Assembly: GCF_006345805.1 (NCBI RefSeq)
Contig: NC_043017.1
Coordinates: forward strand, 10,044,001-10,108,000
Length of the DNA: 64,000 nucleotides
Reading direction: 5' to 3'
Source of the DNA: Octopus sinensis
Lineage: Eukaryota
The position numbers and the translations under genes were made by a program. Shown one piece after another: positions 60,921 through 64,000 of the stretch (position 1 is its first letter; every line of letters starts with the position of its first letter). The notes under the pieces are model-generated. The model saw only the letters and a program-made list of their open reading frames with translations. It did no database searches and had not been told where the DNA came from.

Positions 60921-61625
60921 TATCAGTAATTAAGGGTAAAATCAATTAGTTATTAATTAATTTCACCAAGTATTTTTCAGTATGTAAAAGGACCATTCAA
61001 GGCGTATTCAAAATATTACTTTATATAATTAAGGGCTCAGTAAAATAATTTACTTTGCCACATACTGAAATTTTTAGAAATAGCAGCCCCAAAAAATTTT
61101 CTTTAGCCATTTCTACCACTTTAAGAAGAATCTCCCTGAAAGTGCTTACTCAAAAATAATTCACGTATATATATATGGCTCAGTAAAAGTGCTCAGCTAT
61201 TGTAAATAGACTGAAATTACTTGGGTGGGTGGGAGCTATGGACGAGTGGAGCAAGGAAGGACGAAATGCAAAACGGGAGGAATAAATCTCTTGATAAACA
61301 CACTGTAACAGAAAATATCTGCCCAGCGCTTCTACATAAGTTTATATATATATATGCGTCCTCTTTCTCTTTTGCCTGCGTCGTTTGTTTTTTAAGTGCT
61401 TTGGTTTAACTGCGATCCCCCTTTTAAGTAGAAAGAATAGCCAAAACTTTTTGACTGCTATTTCTAAATTCGGTGTGTGGTGAGGCAAATCGTTGCTGAT
61501 CCCTTAATTACTTAGTATTACTTAAACCTTCCTTGAATGGGTCTTTTACATGCCGAACTCTACTTGGTGAAATTAATGATTATTTCTAAATTAATTAATT
61601 AATTAATTTCACCCTTTATTATTGA

Positions 61626-61630
<5 letters not shown>
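60921..61630. repeat. Diverged inverted pair of a ~190-bp interspersed repeat; third copy at about 62085-62250
   Basis: AATTTCACCAAGTA...TAGAAATAGCAG (60959-61087) versus CTGCTATTTCTA...TACTTGGTGAAATT (61455-61574). Confidence 0.65.
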
Positions 61631-61667
<37 letters not shown>

Positions 61668-62361
61668 TGTATGGAAATTTTATATGTAATTTAGTAAGAG
61701 CCAATACCTGAAACTCTAGGCGCCTGAGTCACTCTGTAACTTCAGCCGCCAATTGCATACTCATGTTCCGAGTTCTATTTCCCTCTTTGCATCACCAAAC
61801 CTGCATGTGTGTGGGTGAGAGAGAGAATGTGTATGTGTACATTATATATATATATGCTGGTGTGTTTACGTCCCTGTCACTTAGCGGTTCGGCAAAAAGA
61901 GACCGATAGAATAAGTACTGGGCTTACAAAAAGAATAAGTCCCGGGGTCGAGTTGCTCGACTAAAGGCGGTGCTCCAGCATGGCCGCAGTCAAATGACTG
62001 AAACAAGTAAAAGAGTATATATATATACCTACGTGAATTGTTTTTGAGTATACATTGTCTGGGAGACTCTTATAGTAAGAGGAAATAGCTAAATTCTTTG
62101 GGTGCTATTTCAAAAAGTTCGGTGTGTTGTGAAGTAAATTTTTTGCTGCACTCTATACTAAGTAATGTTAAATATACCGTAAATGGTCTTTACACACTGA
62201 ACACTGCTTAGTAAAATTATTAATTAGTAATTAATTAATTTTACCCTTATTATTATATATATATATATATATATTGGCAAGTTAAGCGAAAGCAGGTAAC
62301 GCAGAGGAGACGGTGCTCTGTAAACAGTGGCGAGACGGAGGAGGAGGTCGAAGTATTAACC

Positions 62362-62402
<41 letters not shown>

Positions 62403-63379
62403 GACAACTACAAACAAAGGCGTGGGAGGAGGATAGACAGGTGAAGAGCCGCCTCCGCCGCCGCCACACTCGCACTTTCCCTTCTTATTTAAAACTTCAC
62501 TGAACAGAAAATCTAAATCCCTAAATAAATAATAATAAAGCAAAGGGAGGAATCGGATAGTAAATGTTAGAAGATGTTACAATTTAGCAGCGTGGGGGGG
62601 GGTAGGGTAGAGAGTAAACAAGGGAGAAAGAGGGGGGAAATGGGAGGAGAAATAGAGAGGGAAACGGAGAGGACGAGGGAGAGGGGGAGTGGCGAGAGTG
62701 TAAGAGAGGAAGAGCGAACGGGTATGGCACGTCTGCATCACCCTCCATCGTCTTCATCACCGGCACACGAAGAAAAATCTGGTGTTTATTTGTTTTGACT
62801 GGTTGATTAAGAAACAACGCGGAAATAAATGAGCGGGTATGCGTATACGGGTGGATATGGCTGTGTGTGAGTGCGAGTGAGTGTGTATATGATTATGCGT
62901 GCGTTCTTCATAGAAAGATCTCAGAATTACTTCCTGGGAAAACGCATTATCAACCCAAGATTATAAGATTATTAACACTTATGCTAATAAGTGTGTGTGT
63001 GTGTGTGTTAATGTTTGCTTATTGTTTTTAGTTTTTTTTTCTCTTATGTAAAGTTATATAAAAAACAATTTAACACGTCTTAGAAATTATCTATTTGGCG
63101 GTGTGGTAAGAAGTTTGGTTGCCAACCACGGGGTTTCAGGTTCAGTCCCACTGCGTGACACCTAGGGCAAGTATCTCCTGTTACAGTCTCGGGCGAACCA
63201 AAGCTTTGTGAGTGGATTTGGTAGATGGAAACTGAAAGAAGCCTGCCGTATATACGCATATCTATTTGTGCCTGTTTTTGTCCCCCACCCAACCAGAGTG
63301 TTTGCGCCCCTGTAACTTAGTGGTTCGGCAAAAGAGACCAATAAATACCAGGCTTTAAGAGAGAATAAGTACTGAGGTT

Positions 63380-63796
63380 GGATCTTTTCAGTTTGAACGG
63401 CAGTTTTTTAAAATAATTTCCACGTAACTAAACACTTTTATACTTCGTATACTGGTAGGATGTGTTTATAAAACATATTTTTCTCTTGGCTTTATTGAGA
63501 AAATTCTATAGTTTGTAAGATATTTGTTGTTTTTTTTCTTCAATTTCTGCAATTTCAACCAATCACTGACGTTTATTGAGGTAAAAAAAACATTCTGTGC
63601 CGTATGAATATGTTCCTCGTTTAAGAAACAGATTGGGTTTATTTACATTTGTGAAGAAAAAAAGATACCCTTTCCCCCACTCCTAACCCTAACCCTAAAA
63701 CATTGAAATGCAATAGATCGATACTAGGGTCATAATTATGGGTGACAATTTCATATGACACCGCTAGAAAAACTGCCGTTCAAACCGAAAAGATTC
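63380..63796. mobile_element. MITE with ~28-bp TIRs, 8-bp TSD and internal CCCTAA repeats, inserted into a family A SINE
   Basis: GGATCTTTTCAGTTTGAACGGCAGTTTTT / AAAAACTGCCGTTCAAACCGAAAAGATTC; TSD CTGAGGTT at 63372-63379 and 63797-63804. Confidence 0.85.
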
Positions 63797-64000
63797 CTGA
63801 GGTTGATAAATTCGACTAAAAATTCATGCTCTAACCTACATACACACACACACATCAGCTGCTTTGATAACAGTTGATGTTTGTATTCTCCCCAGGGTGT
63901 ACTTTACTTTCAAACGGAGAGACATGACACAAAAATAATTATTTCTAATTTAGGCAACAAGACAAGAACTTTGAATGGAGTGGGGTGGCCGGTTTACATC

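Overview
AT-rich, repeat-dense eukaryotic DNA. The SINE, microsatellite and MITE content looks like an octopus (coleoid cephalopod) genome; this is inference. Almost all ORFs in the supplied track are artefacts of microsatellites or SINEs. Two real spliced genes were reconstructed by hand, arranged tail-to-tail. (1) On +, a 12-exon, 485-aa S28-family lysosomal serine peptidase, DPP7/DPP2-like (10314-33765), with signal peptide, intact Ser-Asp-His triad and a CLEAR-like E-box about 80 bp upstream. (2) On -, a 6-exon, 317-aa uncharacterised polytopic membrane protein (60510-35675) built from an internally duplicated unit with weak TP53I11-like resemblance. Main observations: two nested inverted duplications of DPP7 intron 4, one including the exon-5 splice acceptor and 24 coding nt, sit in intron 3 and could fold the catalytic-Ser exon into a dsRNA loop. 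Hammerhead-ribozyme-like cores occur in four unrelated repeats: a ~320-bp tandem retrozyme-like dimer, a tRNA-headed fold-back, and G3-C8 and U3-A8 core variants. There is also a decayed duplicate exon, head-once/body-many SINE multimers, Helitrons, several MITEs and a perfect 50-bp x11 array. Repeat family names and the ribozyme calls come from visual inspection and need computational and experimental confirmation.
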